This document shows, piece after piece, positions 1-62,937 of a stretch of DNA of 62,937 bases. Position 1 is the first letter of the stretch. Every line of letters begins with the position of its first letter. The translations under genes and the position numbers were made by a program. Source of the stretch: Rhynchobatus australiae (lineage: Eukaryota); contig JAUZTB010000118.1 in NCBI GenBank assembly GCA_034780895.1, positions 54,018,944-54,081,880 of the forward strand, in the 5' to 3' direction. Below the pieces are notes generated by a model. It had not been told where the DNA came from, did not search any database, and was given only the letters and a program-made list of their open reading frames with translations.

Positions 1-528
1 ATAATCATATTGCTAATAATAAACAGAAGAGTTCTTTTTGTTATGGGAAGGGCCATTAATAATTTAAGGGTCCAAGATGGGCATATAAAAAATAAACTTT
101 ACTTGAACAGTGCACTAGATGGACTCAAGACATGTGTAACTCCTAAAGCTGTACAGTATTTAAATAAATTGATGTGTTTTCAAGCCAGAAGGCTCAGTAC
201 AATGGGAAAAACATGGGATTGCCTTACTTACAATTTTTCATAATGGACTGTGGGTTGGGAAGAAAACAAACATTGTGGAAATACCAAGCAGACAGACAAC
301 ATACAGGAAAACTATGTGTAAATGATCTTAGCAGTAACAATGATGTTGGCTGCTCTAATTTGAATTTATAGGCACATACATGAGTGTGGTAACTTGGTCA
401 TTTTGTAATGGCTCAACTCAACATTACCAGGTTGTATATAAATTGTTTGCACAGTGAACATTTCTAAATTTCAGAATGCCTTTCAAACGAAATTCTACAA
501 TAATAAGTCACCTTAATTGAAAACTTAC

Positions 529-62327
<61,799 letters not shown>

Positions 62328-62614
62328 CTAAAACAAGTATCATAAAACAAAAACAGAAGGTTGAGGCGAAAAGTAATTGCATTTTAACTACAATACAAGG
62401 CAAGCTGCAAAGGTCTCACCAATAGCAAATAAAAATAATCTACTGATGAAAGTTTTATGCTTCTGAGCAAAAGAAAGTTTTCGCAACAGTCCCTGCTCTT
62501 TCAATAGTGCACTGGTGTCTTTAAATGTCCAACTCAACTGGAAGGAAAAACCTGCTGAAATGTAACACTCAAGAAAACAGAAAGCAGCATCAGAACACTA
62601 AAGGGATTGTTAAA

Positions 62615-62870
62615 ACCACAAACATGATGAGGAGCAAGTCGTTCAGCCAGTGAAGCTGCTCTGCCGTTTAATAACGTCATGGCTATCTAACTAGTCTCCT
62701 CTGCATTCCCATCTACCGCAATAACCCTTCACTCCCTTGTTCATCAACAATGTTTACCTTATGTTAAGAATACTGAAACACTACTTCAACTGTTCTTTGA
62801 AGAGTTTCATGACTCTATGACCTTGTTGAGAGGAAATAAGTTCTTCTCACCTGTCTTAAATGACCGAACC
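62615..62870 (-). mobile_element. Degraded CR1 LINE 3' terminus
   Basis: GAGGAGCAAG…TTCAGCC…CTGCTCTGCCGTTTAATA…TCATGGCT parallels the antisense CR1 tail at 53165. Confidence 0.55.
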
Positions 62871-62892
62871 TTTATTTTTTTAAAAAAGGTGT

Positions 62893-62935
<43 letters not shown>
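62893..62935. repeat. Poly-G run (43 G) at window end, probable sequencing artefact
   Basis: Homopolymer at the extreme end of the sequence, abutting a truncated CR1. Confidence 0.7.
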
Positions 62936-62936
<1 letters not shown>

Positions 62937-62937
62937 G

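Noticed and set aside
62893-62935. Poly-G as a G-quadruplex or regulatory element
   Set aside because: A terminal G homopolymer is typical of two-colour sequencing no-signal artefacts.

Overview
AT-rich vertebrate genomic DNA, most likely from a cartilaginous fish (inferred from the repeat landscape: CR1, CR1/L2-like, RTE, Penelope, V-SINE), from a gappy draft assembly. The window is the interior of one minus-strand gene, SMARCA2 (BRM, SWI/SNF ATPase). I located 25 coding exons running from the HSA domain (62327) through BRK, the SNF2 ATPase lobes, SnAC, AT-hook and bromodomain to the penultimate exon (529). Every splice site visible outside gaps is GT-AG and phase-consistent, except for one missing donor (item 1 below). 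The 5' exons and the terminal exon lie outside the window. Introns are full of decayed retroelements. Points worth a second look: (1) the AT-hook/bromodomain-start exon lacks its last ~38 nt and donor and runs into a stop; (2) an ancient ~4.9 kb ERV-like element with two diverged LTRs, a decayed tRNA-Pro PBS and env-like remnants; (3) a young CpG-rich LTR with a tRNA-Trp PBS; (4) a stray 54-nt PP2A-B56 (PPP2R5E-like) coding fragment; (5) candidate unannotated cassette and poison exons in the intron where SMARCA4 has an alternative exon. I see no evidence of a wholly new biological system. Human exon numbers, reference residues and repeat-family assignments are from memory, and repeat boundaries are approximate.
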